From an uncultured Planctomycetia bacterium (GTDB taxonomy: Bacteria; Omnitrophota; Gorgyraeia; 2-02-FULL-51-18): 64,000 nt of DNA. The translations under genes and the position numbers were made by a program. Under the pieces are notes generated by a model. It ran no database searches and was not told the DNA's origin. It saw only the letters and a program-made list of their open reading frames with translations. Positions 1-10,391 of the stretch are shown here, in pieces (position 1 is the first letter of the stretch; each line of letters begins with the position of its first letter). The DNA lies in NCBI GenBank assembly GCA_964642015.1, contig CAZXLF010000001.1, positions 116,846 through 180,845 of the forward strand, given 5' to 3'.

Positions 1-213
1 TATTCCGCCAAGGCGCTGCGCGCCGCATGTCCCTGCGCCGCATGTGTGAATGAGCTGACCGGCCAGAAAATGATCGATATTAAAAATATTTCCGATAACA
101 TCCGCGCGGTTGCCGTGCAGCCCGTCGGCCGATACGCGCTTCATATCGTCTGGAGCGACCGGCATGCGACGGGGCTTTATGGTTTTGAGTTGTTGAGAAA
201 ATTAACTCCCTGA
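1..213 (+). CDS. DUF971-family protein, C-terminal fragment (5' end outside the window)
   Basis: Frame-1 ORF runs from the window edge to TGA at 211-213. The translation ...ALRAACPCAACVNELTGQKMIDIKNI...HIVWSDRHATGLYGFELLRKL carries the cysteine-rich and HIVWSDGH-like motifs typical of DUF971. Confidence 0.5.
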   Translation, partial: YSAKALRAACPCAACVNELTGQKMIDIKNISDNIRAVAVQPVGRYALHIVWSDRHATGLYGFELLRKLTP

Positions 214-228
214 CAAAACTCTCCCTAG

Positions 229-307
229 CCCTCTCTTTAAATAAAGAGAGGGGAAGTTCTTCAGTGTTGCGAACAATATACTTTTCCCCTCTTTATTTAA
301 AGAGGGG
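229..307. repeat. pair of similar short hairpins arranged as a larger inverted repeat
   Basis: Hairpin 1 at 229-253: ccctctcttt-aaat-aaagagaggg(g). Hairpin 2 at 286-307: cccctcttt-attt-aaagagggg. The second is close to the reverse complement of the first. They sit between the DUF971 stop and the DUF309 start, with no U-tract after either. Confidence 0.4.
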
Positions 308-331
308 ATTAAGGGGAGTTTAGACAAGAAA

Positions 332-718
332 ATGACAGTTGATCCCAGATTTAAAAAAGGCCTCGAGCTTTTCAATGAAGGCGAGTACTACGAATGCCAC
401 GAAGTCATCGAAAACCTGTGGCTCGAGACTCCATCCGAAGACCCTCACCGCGATCTATATAAAGGAGTGATACAGGCCGCCGCGGCGATCTATCAGTTCG
501 ACCGCGGGATCCTGACTGGAGCGATCGGCCTTTTTCAGACCTCGATCCAATACCTCGAACCTTATTCACCGAAATCGCTCGGCCTCGATGTCCAGCAGCT
601 TATTGAGGGGATGAAGGCCTGTTTCAATCCTCTGGAACGCTGGGACCGCAAGAAAGAGGTTGCTCTGGATGAGAAGCTGATCCCAAAGCTCTCTTACCAT
701 TTTGACGATAACCTTTGA
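332..718 (+). CDS. DUF309-family protein
   Basis: The 128-aa ORF carries the motif FNEGEYYECHEVIENLW, which matches the conserved FNxGxYxExHExLExxW signature of DUF309. Confidence 0.55.
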   Translation: MTVDPRFKKGLELFNEGEYYECHEVIENLWLETPSEDPHRDLYKGVIQAAAAIYQFDRGILTGAIGLFQTSIQYLEPYSPKSLGLDVQQLIEGMKACFNPLERWDRKKEVALDEKLIPKLSYHFDDNL

Positions 719-830
719 CTTCTAAAAGGGTTATGTTAGAATAGCAAAAATTTGGAGGCGGGTCGTTTGAACCCCGCCCTTCCAAAATGAGTTTTGCAGA
801 TAAGTAATTTGATACGGAAAGGAAGAGTGG

Positions 831-1370
831 GTGAATATTCAGGAGGCCTGGGAAAAAGCGCTCAAAACGACCGAGATCATCCGGCCGCGCGTGCAGCCGC
901 TTGAGACTTTTGAAGCGACGCTGTCGCCTTATATTTTTCTCTCCGAATCTCTGGTGAATCCCGGAGACACGGTGGTCCGCAGAGGCCAGATCCGTGTCGA
1001 GAGGCCGTCGATCATGCTGCCGTTCAACATGCCGCAGTTCGAGGGCTTTGAATTCGAGGAAGACCTTCAGATGAACGAGGATATCTTAAAAAGTTTCTTT
1101 CTGGTGCGCGGCGTTTCGTTCCCGTCGATGAAATACAACAACAAGACCGATTCGCTGGATATTTTTGAAGGGCGCATACCGAAAGCGCTCGAGCATTACG
1201 GAAATAGACTGCAGCGCGAAGAGGATGTGAACACGGGACTTATCACCGGCAGTGAAGATACCTGGCAATTTTCAGTGCTTGTATTTATTTGCGGCCAAGT
1301 CGCCAAATCGGCGGACGGGGATTTCAAAAAGCTGTTCGACGATTTCAAGCACCGCGGCAAACTGTCTTAA
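831..1370 (+). CDS. hypothetical protein
   Basis: 179-aa ORF with a GTG start preceded by ggaaaggaag. I recognise no motif in it. Confidence 0.4.
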   Translation: MNIQEAWEKALKTTEIIRPRVQPLETFEATLSPYIFLSESLVNPGDTVVRRGQIRVERPSIMLPFNMPQFEGFEFEEDLQMNEDILKSFFLVRGVSFPSMKYNNKTDSLDIFEGRIPKALEHYGNRLQREEDVNTGLITGSEDTWQFSVLVFICGQVAKSADGDFKKLFDDFKHRGKLS

Positions 1371-1373
1371 GAA

Positions 1374-1790
1374 CTACTCACCGATAATTTTGATTAAAAC
1401 CCTTTTATCCCGCTGTCCGTCGAATTCCGCGTAAAAGATCTGCTCCCAAGGTCCAAAATCCAATTTACCGCCGGTGATCGCGACGACGACTTCGCGTCCG
1501 AAGAGCTGGCGTTTCAAATGCGCGTCTCCGTTGTCTTCTCCGGTCTGGTGATGACGGTATTTTTTTACATCGTACGGCGCGATCTTTTCCAGAAATTCAT
1601 CAAAATCCTGAATTAAACCACGCTCATCGTCATTGATATAACAACTCGCCGTGATGTGCATTGGATTCACAAGCACTAGTCCTTCCTTGATGCCGGACTT
1701 GCGGATCGCCGCTTCGACTTGAGGCGTGATATTGAGATATTCGCGCTTGGTTTTGGTGTGGATGGTTAAAGTTTCGCGGTGAGATTTCAA
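1374..1790 (-). CDS. YjbQ/UPF0047-family protein (secondary thiamine-phosphate synthase-like)
   Basis: 138 aa with [14 protein letters not shown] and [13 protein letters not shown] motifs characteristic of UPF0047. It lies immediately downstream (minus strand) of the FNR-like gene with a 1-nt gap. Confidence 0.8.
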   Translation of the reverse strand: MKSHRETLTIHTKTKREYLNITPQVEAAIRKSGIKEGLVLVNPMHITASCYINDDERGLIQDFDEFLEKIAPYDVKKYRHHQTGEDNGDAHLKRQLFGREVVVAITGGKLDFGPWEQIFYAEFDGQRDKRVLIKIIGE

Positions 1791-1791
1791 T

Positions 1792-2511
1792 TTATGTGAA
1801 CTGTTCGAAATGGATCCGCTCTTTCGGAATATTCATCTCCAAAAGCGCCGCTTTCAGCTGCTGACACATTGGCACGAGTCCGCAGCCGTAAAAATCATTA
1901 CCTTCTGTTTTTCCTGAAAATTCCCGTTTGACGATCTCTTGCACATAAGCCGTTTCGCCTTTCCAGTTCGTACCGCGGCTGATGGTCGGGACGAAATGGA
2001 AATTGGGATATTTTTTGAGAAGTGCTTGCCACTCGTCATTATAGAGGATATCGGTTTCGTAGCGGTTGCCGAAGATGAGCCAGATATTTTTTGAAAAACC
2101 TTTTTCGTAAAGATTTTTGATCATGCCGCGCAAAGGTGCTATGCCGGTACCGGTCCCGACGAAGATCAAATTTTCCTGCCAGGGCTCACGTACCGTAAAA
2201 ACACCGTAGGGAAGACTTGTGTGGATCACGTTACCTTCTTTTAATCCAAAAAACCAAGTGGACACAAAACCGCCTTCGACGAGTTTAATGCAGAGCTCGA
2301 TCTGGTTTTTTTCTTTCGCCAGCGACGGCGAAGAGGCGATCGAGTAAGATTTTTTGTGCGGTTTACCTTCTTTTTCGAGATGCACCTGAAGGAATTGTCC
2401 CGCGATGAAGCTGGTATCCGCTTCTTTTGGGTAATCCAGCACGAAATGTTTTACAGTGCTCGACAACGAAATGATCTTTGAAAGCTTTGCGTCGTAGAAT
2501 CTTGCGGGCAT
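1792..2511 (-). CDS. ferredoxin-NADP reductase-like FAD/NAD(P)-binding oxidoreductase
   Basis: 239 aa. It has an RxYSxxS-type FAD motif (KKSYSIASS) and the NAD(P) motif GTGIAP, followed by a CG dipeptide near the C-terminus. Confidence 0.75.
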   Translation of the reverse strand: MPARFYDAKLSKIISLSSTVKHFVLDYPKEADTSFIAGQFLQVHLEKEGKPHKKSYSIASSPSLAKEKNQIELCIKLVEGGFVSTWFFGLKEGNVIHTSLPYGVFTVREPWQENLIFVGTGTGIAPLRGMIKNLYEKGFSKNIWLIFGNRYETDILYNDEWQALLKKYPNFHFVPTISRGTNWKGETAYVQEIVKREFSGKTEGNDFYGCGLVPMCQQLKAALLEMNIPKERIHFEQFT

Positions 2512-2543
2512 AAGTTTCCTCTGGTTAGCGCATTATACCTATA

Positions 2544-5500
2544 TCAGGCGTCATAGTTCAAATTCGGCGCAAGCCAGCGCTCGACGGTTTTTACATCCAT
2601 GCCTTTGCGTTTGGCATAATCGGCGACCTGGTCTTTTTCAATCTTGCCGACTGAGAAATATTTGGCCTGCGGATGCGCAAAGTAAAGCCCGCTCACGGCC
2701 GCGGCCGGATACATCGCGAAACTTTCGGTCAACGTGATCTTTGCGTAGCGCTCCACATGAAGCAGATCGAACAGGATCCGCTTCTCCGTGTGGTCAGGGC
2801 AGGCGGGATAACCTGGCGCGGGACGGATACCGCGATATTTCTCCCGGATCAGGTCTTCGTTGGTCAGCGCTTCGGTTTTCGCGTAGCCCCAGAATTCTTT
2901 GCGTACCCGTTCATGCAGTCTTTCGGCGAATGCCTCAGCGAGGCGGTCGGCCAGAGCTTTCACCATGATTGAATGGTAATCGTCGTGTTCTTTTTCAAAT
3001 TTGCGCACGAGCGGCTCGATATGGATGCCGGTCGTGACACCAAAAGCGCCCAGATAATCCTTGATGCCGGATTCTTTCGGCGCGACAAAATCGGCCAGCG
3101 CGAAATTAAAATCGTCTTCTCCTTTAAGTGTCTGCTGTCTCAATGTATGGAATACCGCGAGAAGTTTTTTTCTTGTCTCGTCGGTATATACTTCAATATC
3201 GTCGCCGACACTGTTGGCCGGAAAAAGGCCGAGAACGCCTTTGGCGGTCAGAAGTTTTTCATGCACGATCTTTTTTAGCAGTATTTGCGCGTCATCGAAT
3301 AATTTCTTGGCTGTTTCACCGACTTTTTTATCCTGAAAGATAGTCGGGTAGCGTCCGCGAAGTTCCCACGTGTGAAAGAAAGGGGACCAGTCGATCTTTT
3401 GCGCGAGCTCCTCAAGAGGGAATTCGTCGAACGGCTTGATCCCTGTCACAGAAGGCGTTGTGATCGATACGTTTTTCCAATCGCTTTTGAATTTATTTTT
3501 CCGCGCGTTCTCGATCGTGACGAAACGTGCCTGCGAACCGCGGCCTTTTTGTTCTTCGCGGATCTTTTCATATTCGATCTTTTTGGCTTGAACGATATCC
3601 TTTTTGAGGGACGGATTAATTAATTGGCCCGCGATGCCCACGCAGCGCGATGCATCAAGCACGTGGATTGCCGGTTGGCTGTAAGCGGGTGCGATCTTTA
3701 CGGCCGTATGTGCGACCGAAGTCGTGGCTCCGCCGATCAAAAGGGGAATAGTGAATTTTTCGCGTTCCATTTCTTTTGCGACGTGCACCATTTCATCAAG
3801 GCTGGGCGTAATGAGTCCGCTCAAGCCGATGAGATCGGCTTTTTTCTCGCGAGCCGTTTCCAATATTTTTTCGCAAGGCGTCATGACGCCGAGATCGATG
3901 ACTTCGTAGTTGTTACACCCAAGCACAACGCCGACGATATTTTTTCCGATGTCATGCACGTCGCCTTTGACGGTAGCCAGAACGATCCTGCCGGCCGAAT
4001 GAGAGCCGCTTTGTGCTTTTTCTTTTTCAATATAGGGAGTAAGCACCGACACGGCTTTTTTCATCACGCGTGCGCTTTTTACCACCTGAGGTAAGAACAT
4101 TTTTCCGGAGCCGAACAGGTCTCCGACGATGTTCATCGCGTCCATCAGCGGTCCTTCGATGACGGCAAGCGGCTTGGGATATTTTTGGCGTGCTTCTTCC
4201 ACGTCCTGTTCAATGTGATCAGTGATACCCTGGACAAGCGCGTGTGACAAACGCTCCTCCACTGTGCCTTTGCGCCATTTCTCATCTTTGACGACGGTTT
4301 TTTTGTCGTCTTTGACGCTTTCGGCAAATTTAAGCAGACGTTCGGTTGAGTCGGGCCTGCGGTTGAGCAACACGTCTTCGACAAGCTCCAGAAGATCTTT
4401 GGGAATTTCATCATAGATCGTGACAAGACCCGCGTTCACGATGCCCATATCGAGCCCGGCTTTGATCGCGTGATAAAGGAAAGCGGAGTGCATCGCCTCG
4501 CGTATCTTATTGATGCCGCGGAATGAAAATGAAATATTGCTGATGCCGCCGCTCACATGACAACGGGGAAGTGTCGCTTTGATCTGGCGTGTCGCTTCGA
4601 TGAACTCGACCGCGTAATTGTTATGTTCTTCCATTCCGGTCGCGACGGTGAGAATGTTCGGATCAAAGATAATATCTTCCGGAGGAAAATGGACTTCTTC
4701 AGTGAGTATCTTGTAAGCGCGTGTACAGATCTCGATCTTTCTTTTGGCGGTGTCAGCCTGTCCCGTCTCGTCAAAGGCCATCACGACTGCCGCGGCGCCG
4801 TATTGTCTGATCTTTCTGGCCCGCTCTTTGAAAACCGTTTCACCTTCTTTCAGGCTGATGGAATTGACAATGCTCTTTCCTTGAGTGCATTTTAATCCCG
4901 CTTCGATCACGGACCATTTAGAAGAATCGATCATGATCGGTACCCGGGCGATGTTCGGTTCGGAGGCGATCAGATGCAGGAACTTGGTCATTGCGGCTTC
5001 GGAATCCAAAAGTCCCTCATCAAGATTGACGTCGATGATCTGCGCGCCGGCATCGACTTGCTGTTTGGCGATCGCGAGAGCGCCTTCGTAATCCTCCGAG
5101 AGGATCAGCTTTGAAAATTTCGGAGAGCCGGTGATATTCGTGCGTTCGCCGATGTTGATGAAATTTGAATTCGGACGGATCGTCAAAGGTTCTAGCCCGC
5201 TCAAGCGTGTGTAAGATTCTGGCGTTGCCAGTTTTCTCGGCGTTTTACCTTTTGCGATCTCGGCGATCTTTTTGATATGCGGCGGAGTCGTGCCGCAGCA
5301 TCCGCCGATGATGTTGATGAATCCGCTTTTGATGAAATCTTCGATGAACGCGCCCATGCTGTCTGGTGTTTGATCATATTCGCCGAATTGATTCGGAAGC
5401 CCCGCGTTCGGATAGGCGATGATCGGCACCGAAGCAATGTTCGAGAGTTCTTCAAGGTAAGGACGAAGTTCTTTGGCGCCAAGCGCACAATTCAAACCTA

Positions 5501-6218
5501 CCGCTAGAAGATCGGCATGACGAATGGAATTCCAGAATGCCTCAACGGTTTGTCCGGAAAGCGTTCGGCCACTGGCATCGGTGATCGTGCCGGAAACCAT
5601 CACGGGAATTTTTTTCCCGATCTTTTTAAAATATTCCTGAATGCCGAATAAAGCGGCTTTGCAGTTCAACGTGTCAAAGACCGTTTCGACAAGCAAAAGA
5701 TCAACACCGCCGTCGATCAGGCCGCGCGCTTGTTCGATATAAGCTTCCACTAGTTCATCAAATGTGACCGCGCGAAATCCGGGATCATTCACATTGGGCG
5801 AAAGCGAAGAGGTGCGGTTCGTCGGACCCATCGCTCCGGCGACGAAACGCGGCTTCGACGGATCTTTTTTTGTGAATTCTTCGGCCGCTTTCTTGGCGAT
5901 ATTTGCGGAGGCCAAATTCAGCGCATAAACCTGATCTTCAAGATGGTAGTCGGCCATCGCGATGCGCGTGGAGCTGAATGTATTGGTCTCGATGATGTCC
6001 GCTCCGGCCTCGAGGTATTTTTTATGGATCTCTTCGATGATCGTTGGCTGAGTAATGGACAAAAGATCATTATTGCCTTTGAGGTTTCCCTTGGAATGAT
6101 CTTTAAATTCCTTTCCGCGGTAACCGGCTTCATCCAGGCGATAACCCTGGATCATCGTGCCCATCGCGCCGTCAATAATGAGAATACGTTTTTGAAGTTC
6201 TTTTGCTAAGTCATTCAT
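2544..6218 (-). CDS. metH: cobalamin-dependent methionine synthase
   Basis: 1224 aa. The N-terminal homocysteine-binding region ([12 protein letters not shown]), pterin-binding region, B12-binding region ([10 protein letters not shown]) and C-terminal AdoMet reactivation domain are all recognisable. Confidence 0.95.
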   Translation of the reverse strand: MNDLAKELQKRILIIDGAMGTMIQGYRLDEAGYRGKEFKDHSKGNLKGNNDLLSITQPTIIEEIHKKYLEAGADIIETNTFSSTRIAMADYHLEDQVYALNLASANIAKKAAEEFTKKDPSKPRFVAGAMGPTNRTSSLSPNVNDPGFRAVTFDELVEAYIEQARGLIDGGVDLLLVETVFDTLNCKAALFGIQEYFKKIGKKIPVMVSGTITDASGRTLSGQTVEAFWNSIRHADLLAVGLNCALGAKELRPYLEELSNIASVPIIAYPNAGLPNQFGEYDQTPDSMGAFIEDFIKSGFINIIGGCCGTTPPHIKKIAEIAKGKTPRKLATPESYTRLSGLEPLTIRPNSNFINIGERTNITGSPKFSKLILSEDYEGALAIAKQQVDAGAQIIDVNLDEGLLDSEAAMTKFLHLIASEPNIARVPIMIDSSKWSVIEAGLKCTQGKSIVNSISLKEGETVFKERARKIRQYGAAAVVMAFDETGQADTAKRKIEICTRAYKILTEEVHFPPEDIIFDPNILTVATGMEEHNNYAVEFIEATRQIKATLPRCHVSGGISNISFSFRGINKIREAMHSAFLYHAIKAGLDMGIVNAGLVTIYDEIPKDLLELVEDVLLNRRPDSTERLLKFAESVKDDKKTVVKDEKWRKGTVEERLSHALVQGITDHIEQDVEEARQKYPKPLAVIEGPLMDAMNIVGDLFGSGKMFLPQVVKSARVMKKAVSVLTPYIEKEKAQSGSHSAGRIVLATVKGDVHDIGKNIVGVVLGCNNYEVIDLGVMTPCEKILETAREKKADLIGLSGLITPSLDEMVHVAKEMEREKFTIPLLIGGATTSVAHTAVKIAPAYSQPAIHVLDASRCVGIAGQLINPSLKKDIVQAKKIEYEKIREEQKGRGSQARFVTIENARKNKFKSDWKNVSITTPSVTGIKPFDEFPLEELAQKIDWSPFFHTWELRGRYPTIFQDKKVGETAKKLFDDAQILLKKIVHEKLLTAKGVLGLFPANSVGDDIEVYTDETRKKLLAVFHTLRQQTLKGEDDFNFALADFVAPKESGIKDYLGAFGVTTGIHIEPLVRKFEKEHDDYHSIMVKALADRLAEAFAERLHERVRKEFWGYAKTEALTNEDLIREKYRGIRPAPGYPACPDHTEKRILFDLLHVERYAKITLTESFAMYPAAAVSGLYFAHPQAKYFSVGKIEKDQVADYAKRKGMDVKTVERWLAPNLNYDA

Positions 6219-6295
6219 AGTGTTGGATATTCTAGCAGAGGTGAAAGAGGATTATCCAATAATTGTTTGTTCGGATCAGAGGAGGTGAAAAACGG

Positions 6296-6330
6296 CTGAA
6301 AAACCAAAACCTCTCCGAAAAATCGGAGAG
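6296..6330 (-). terminator. rho-independent terminator downstream of tpx
   Basis: On the minus strand, cctctccga-tttt-tcggagagg (9-bp stem) is followed by ttttggttttt. It lies between the tpx stop and the metH start. Confidence 0.6.
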
Positions 6331-6361
6331 GTTCGGTTAAGGCAGATTTATATTTAGTTAA

Positions 6362-6877
6362 TTAAGAAACACCAACGGCAGTTTTTACTTTATCAAGCGC
6401 TGCTTTGTAATCGGGCTCCTGAGTGACTTCCTTGACGATCTCGAAATGAGTGACTTTTCCATTGGCGCCAACGACGATCACTGCTCTGGAAATAAGCCCT
6501 AATTCCTTGATCAAAAGGCCGTATTTGTTCGCGAAATCTTTATCCTTATAATCGGAAAGAACTGTGACGTTCTGGATCTTGAACGCATCGCAGAAACGCT
6601 TTTGAGCGAACGGAAGATCAAGGCTGACGGTAAGAACTTTTACACTCAGCCCGGCTGTTTCCTGATTGAATTTTTTGGTTTGGATCTCGCAGACGGGCGT
6701 GTCGAGTGACGGAACCGCGCTGATGATCACGGTCTGGCCTTTGAAATTCGAAAGCTTGACCGGCTGCAACCCTGAATCAACAGCTGTAAAATCAGGTGCG
6801 ATATCGCCAACTTTGACTTCGTTGCCGACAAGTGTGAGAGGGTTTCCTTTAAAAGTGATGATATTCTTGCGTTCCAT
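6362..6877 (-). CDS. tpx: thiol peroxidase (atypical 2-Cys peroxiredoxin)
   Basis: 171 aa with SLDTPVC (peroxidatic Cys) and the resolving Cys context. The whole length looks like Tpx. Confidence 0.9.
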   Translation of the reverse strand: MERKNIITFKGNPLTLVGNEVKVGDIAPDFTAVDSGLQPVKLSNFKGQTVIISAVPSLDTPVCEIQTKKFNQETAGLSVKVLTVSLDLPFAQKRFCDAFKIQNVTVLSDYKDKDFANKYGLLIKELGLISRAVIVVGANGKVTHFEIVKEVTQEPDYKAALDKVKTAVGVS

Positions 6878-7013
6878 AAGATGTCTCCTTGATTAGATAG
6901 GCGCTTATCTTACCATAAAACCGGGACAGCGACCATGCAAAATGAGGAGAATGTTTGATATCGGCGAATTTTAAGATACAATGAACATATCATCTAATTA
7001 GACGAGGTGACTT

Positions 7014-7817
7014 ATGAAAAATATCCGTCGTACGTTCGTATTATCCGCTTTTATTTTATTGATCTCGAGTTTTGCATTTTTGCGAGTTTTGTTCGCGGTC
7101 GATCAGAAATTAGTCGACCGGCTGGACAATTCCTCGGCAGTTTTCACAAGCTTGATGGAAATGGGCGATCAAAGCATTCCGCAGGACCTTCTCAAAAACT
7201 GCGAAGCGGTCGCTATTTTTCCGAGGACACTGAATCTGGCGTGGGGTTTGGGCGGGGAATATGGCAGAGGAGTCGTGTTGCGCCATGACAAAGCCAAACA
7301 CGATTGGAGCGCGCCGGTGTTTTATACAATCGGCGGCGTGACATTGGGGCCTCAGATCGGAGGACAAGCGGTCGATATCGTGCTTTTGGTCATGAATGAC
7401 AAAGGCTTGAAGAGTCTCCTGAGCAGCAAGACGACGCTTGGAGGTGACGCAGGGATCGCTTTGGGTCCTGTGGGCCGCAACGCGACGGCGTCGACGGACT
7501 TAGGTCTTAAAGCGGAAATATATTCGTACTCAAAAGCCAAGGGACTTTATATTGGTCTGTCGCTTAAAGGCGCGGTCGTCGCTCCCGATAATACGGCGAC
7601 AATGAGTTTTTACGGGACAAGCTATACCGCCAAAGATATCCTCATCGACGGAAAGGCCGGCCACAATCAGTACACATCAAAGCTTTTGAATGAACTGAGA
7701 AAGTACACACCCGGTAGAATGCCCATTTCGCTGATGATGACTATTTGGGTGGTCGTGCTTGTTGTTGGGATCTTTTTGATTGGCTGTTATTTCTTGAATT
7801 TCAGGAAAACAGCTTGA
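7014..7817 (+). CDS. SYLF (Ysc84-like, DUF500) lipid-binding domain protein with a C-terminal transmembrane segment
   Basis: 267 aa with an N-terminal signal/TM segment. Glycine-rich motifs (GGVTLGPQIGG, GGDAGIALGPVG) are typical of the SYLF domain. The C-terminal stretch IWVVVLVVGIFLIG is hydrophobic. Confidence 0.65.
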   Translation: MKNIRRTFVLSAFILLISSFAFLRVLFAVDQKLVDRLDNSSAVFTSLMEMGDQSIPQDLLKNCEAVAIFPRTLNLAWGLGGEYGRGVVLRHDKAKHDWSAPVFYTIGGVTLGPQIGGQAVDIVLLVMNDKGLKSLLSSKTTLGGDAGIALGPVGRNATASTDLGLKAEIYSYSKAKGLYIGLSLKGAVVAPDNTATMSFYGTSYTAKDILIDGKAGHNQYTSKLLNELRKYTPGRMPISLMMTIWVVVLVVGIFLIGCYFLNFRKTA

Positions 7818-9001
7818 ACGTAAAATTTTCTCAGAGAACAGATTGGTTAACCACGACCAATCCTTTAACGCAAGGGATTGAGGATAAAAGGGAAGAGGGC
7901 GCTTCCCTGATCGATCTCACTGAATCCAATCCTACACGATGCGCTTTCAGTTTTTCGGATGAAAGCCGGCTTAAATCTTTTCAAGACATCCGCAATCTAT
8001 CCTATGAACCCGATGCGCGGGGTTTGCTCGAAGCAAGAAAAGCGGTGTGTGCTTATTACGCCGAGAAAAAAATAAATGTCCGTCCCGAACAGGTTTTTCT
8101 CACCTCCAGCACAAGTGAGGCATACAGTTTTATTTTTCGGCTGCTGTGCGATCCACGGGACCTTGTCGTTATCCCGAGGCCGAGCTACCCGCTTCTGGAC
8201 TATCTGACGGCTCTGGCTGATGTCGACACGCTGCGCTATTTTCTGTCTTATGAAAAAGATTCATGGTGCATTTCGCCGGATAGTCTCAAGATCCCTTTCA
8301 TTGAAAAGCCGAAGGCACTTGTCATCGTCAATCCCAATAATCCAACCGGGAATTTTTTGAAGTCGGATGAACTAGAGCCGATAAACGAGATGTGCCAGAA
8401 GTCGGGAACCGCGATCATTTCGGATGAAGTGTTCCTGGACTTTGCGTTTGACACAAAATCCGCCAAACCCATGAGTTTGGCTCAGAACAAGGAGACACTG
8501 ACATTCACTTTAAGCGGTATCTCAAAGATCCTCGCGATGCCTCAGATGAAAATTTCATGGATCGTGGTCAGTGGACCTGAAGAACTAAAAAGAAAAGCAT
8601 TCGAAAGACTCGAAATTATCACGGACACCTATCTCTCAGTCAATACTCCATCTCAGCACGCGCTGAGCCGTTGGCTTGAAGAGCGGCGGGAGGTCAGAGA
8701 AGAAATGAAAGACCGGATGCTGTCTAACCGCGAATATCTAGAGACAATATTCAAGAATAAAACCAATGTCCGGATCTTGACTGGCGAGGGAGGTTGGTAT
8801 TCGGTGTTTGAATTGGATTCTAAGAAAAGCGATGAAGATGCGGCGCTTTATCTGCTTGAAAAACAGGGCATCATTGTTTATCCGGGTTATTTCTTTGATT
8901 TTGCGGAAGGCAATTTTCTTGTGTTAAGCTTGCTTTTGCCTGAAAAGGTATTTCGCGAAGGGGCAGACCGTTTATTGAAAGGCCTTGAAAAAATAATTTA
9001 G
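7814..9001 (+). CDS. class I/II (fold-type I) aminotransferase, AlaT/AspC-like
   Basis: There is no in-frame ATG near the 5' end. A TTG at 7814 overlaps the upstream stop (cttgaacg) and has AGGAAAA 8 nt upstream. The ORF has IVNPNNPTG and a PLP-lysine context SGISKILAMPQMK. Confidence 0.8.
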   Translation: MNVKFSQRTDWLTTTNPLTQGIEDKREEGASLIDLTESNPTRCAFSFSDESRLKSFQDIRNLSYEPDARGLLEARKAVCAYYAEKKINVRPEQVFLTSSTSEAYSFIFRLLCDPRDLVVIPRPSYPLLDYLTALADVDTLRYFLSYEKDSWCISPDSLKIPFIEKPKALVIVNPNNPTGNFLKSDELEPINEMCQKSGTAIISDEVFLDFAFDTKSAKPMSLAQNKETLTFTLSGISKILAMPQMKISWIVVSGPEELKRKAFERLEIITDTYLSVNTPSQHALSRWLEERREVREEMKDRMLSNREYLETIFKNKTNVRILTGEGGWYSVFELDSKKSDEDAALYLLEKQGIIVYPGYFFDFAEGNFLVLSLLLPEKVFREGADRLLKGLEKII

Positions 9002-9510
9002 GCCAAAGAAGGGAACTTCGCCGCGTATTTTTTGATCCATTCGCTGGCAGCTTCTTCTTCGGCGATCTCCCGTCCAAGCCGTCGCGATAAAACCTTCCGG
9101 TATTCCAGCATCTCGAGCATTTCTTCGGCGAGCCGGGCCATGAACGCGCTTGGATAATCTGTGAAACACACTCCGGTCCGGAATTTTCCTGTCTTCGGAT
9201 CTTCTTTTGCGTAGGCAACCTGCGATCTCATTTCGAATCGTTTATTTTTTACAGCGATATTGATGTCAATAAGAGAACCTCTGACTAGTTTCCTATGCCA
9301 CAGAAAAGAAAGGCCTCCCAAAGAGACGTCAAGCGATTTAGTGGAGCCCTGCTCACCGGATTCGTTCAGCATGATCGGCACGCTCATAGGATGTCTGTAA
9401 AAGCGTCTTTTCTCTTTTTTATTGTAATTAGACATGAGTAAATTATACCAATTTTGGGAAAGCTTGGTGACTTTTTTTCTGATCTTAGTATTAAAATTTA
9501 TTAGTGACAA
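8998..9510 (-). CDS. PilZ domain protein
   Basis: The RRFYRHP and DVSLGGLSF motifs correspond to the RxxxR and DxSxGG c-di-GMP-binding signatures. The start is uncertain: TTG at 9510 has no SD, and the alternative ATG at 9435 sits just after a TATAAT. Its 3' end overlaps the convergent aminotransferase by 4 nt. Confidence 0.6.
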   Translation of the reverse strand: MSLINFNTKIRKKVTKLSQNWYNLLMSNYNKKEKRRFYRHPMSVPIMLNESGEQGSTKSLDVSLGGLSFLWHRKLVRGSLIDINIAVKNKRFEMRSQVAYAKEDPKTGKFRTGVCFTDYPSAFMARLAEEMLEMLEYRKVLSRRLGREIAEEEAASEWIKKYAAKFPSLA

Positions 9511-9580
9511 GAATATTCATAAGGAGTATATTTTAACTGTTTAACTCAATAGAACAAAGCCATATCCTTGGGAGGGATCA

Positions 9581-10330
9581 ATGGCCGTTTGCGGATCGTG
9601 CCATGGCAAGGGCGTGCAAGCCCAAAAAAGCGCTCTCAGCATACCTCACGTATGCGACCGATGCCACGGTACAGGAAAATTAAAACTTACCGTTGTCGAC
9701 CTGCTTCCCCAAGATCACGCCTGCTTTCTTTACGATGATCCAAAGTTTCAACTCGATACTGCAGTTACATTTTTGATAGAGGGCCTCAAGCAAAGAGAGT
9801 GCTGTTTTTATACGGCTGACGAGCATAGTATCGAAGATATAAAAGAGGCCCTGGCCAGAAATGGGATCAATGTTAAAAAACAGATCAATGATCGAGCGCT
9901 CAATCTTCTGACAAAAAAAGAGACTTATCTGGCTAACGGATACTTTGACGCTTCGGAGATGCTAAATTTTGCGAAAGATGCCGTCAAAGCAGCGACACGC
10001 GCGGGATTCCTCGCGTTCCGCGGCGCCGGTGAGATGACCTGGGCTTTGGGGGAGGAAACGGGCTGTGATCAGGTGATCCCGTATGAATTTTTGATGGACG
10101 AATATTTTCACAATGTGAAGCCCGACATTACAGCGCTATGCCAATACAATATCAAGCGTTTTTCTTCGGGCGTTGTCCAGGGCGCGATCCACACGCACAA
10201 GATCGTGGTATTGCCGGACGGCCAAGTGGTGGCCAATCCTTACTATCAGGATGATTTTCATAAAGTCCGTGACCGGGCTCATCTGGAAATAATGATGAAC
10301 CGTTTGAAGGACCTCGTTTTAAAAAATTAG
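9581..10330 (+). CDS. MEDS-domain protein with an N-terminal DnaJ-type CxxCxGxG zinc-finger pair
   Basis: It has a strong SD (gggaggg). The N-terminus carries CGSCHGKG and CDRCHGTG. Downstream, HACFLYDD...GEMTW follows the MEDS pattern (HxC..Y ... GEM.W). Confidence 0.55.
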   Translation: MAVCGSCHGKGVQAQKSALSIPHVCDRCHGTGKLKLTVVDLLPQDHACFLYDDPKFQLDTAVTFLIEGLKQRECCFYTADEHSIEDIKEALARNGINVKKQINDRALNLLTKKETYLANGYFDASEMLNFAKDAVKAATRAGFLAFRGAGEMTWALGEETGCDQVIPYEFLMDEYFHNVKPDITALCQYNIKRFSSGVVQGAIHTHKIVVLPDGQVVANPYYQDDFHKVRDRAHLEIMMNRLKDLVLKN

Positions 10331-10391
10331 CGAAAGTTTTTCTTAAAAGCCGTTTCTAAGATTCGCTATCCCGTCTTTTTTATGTTAGCAT

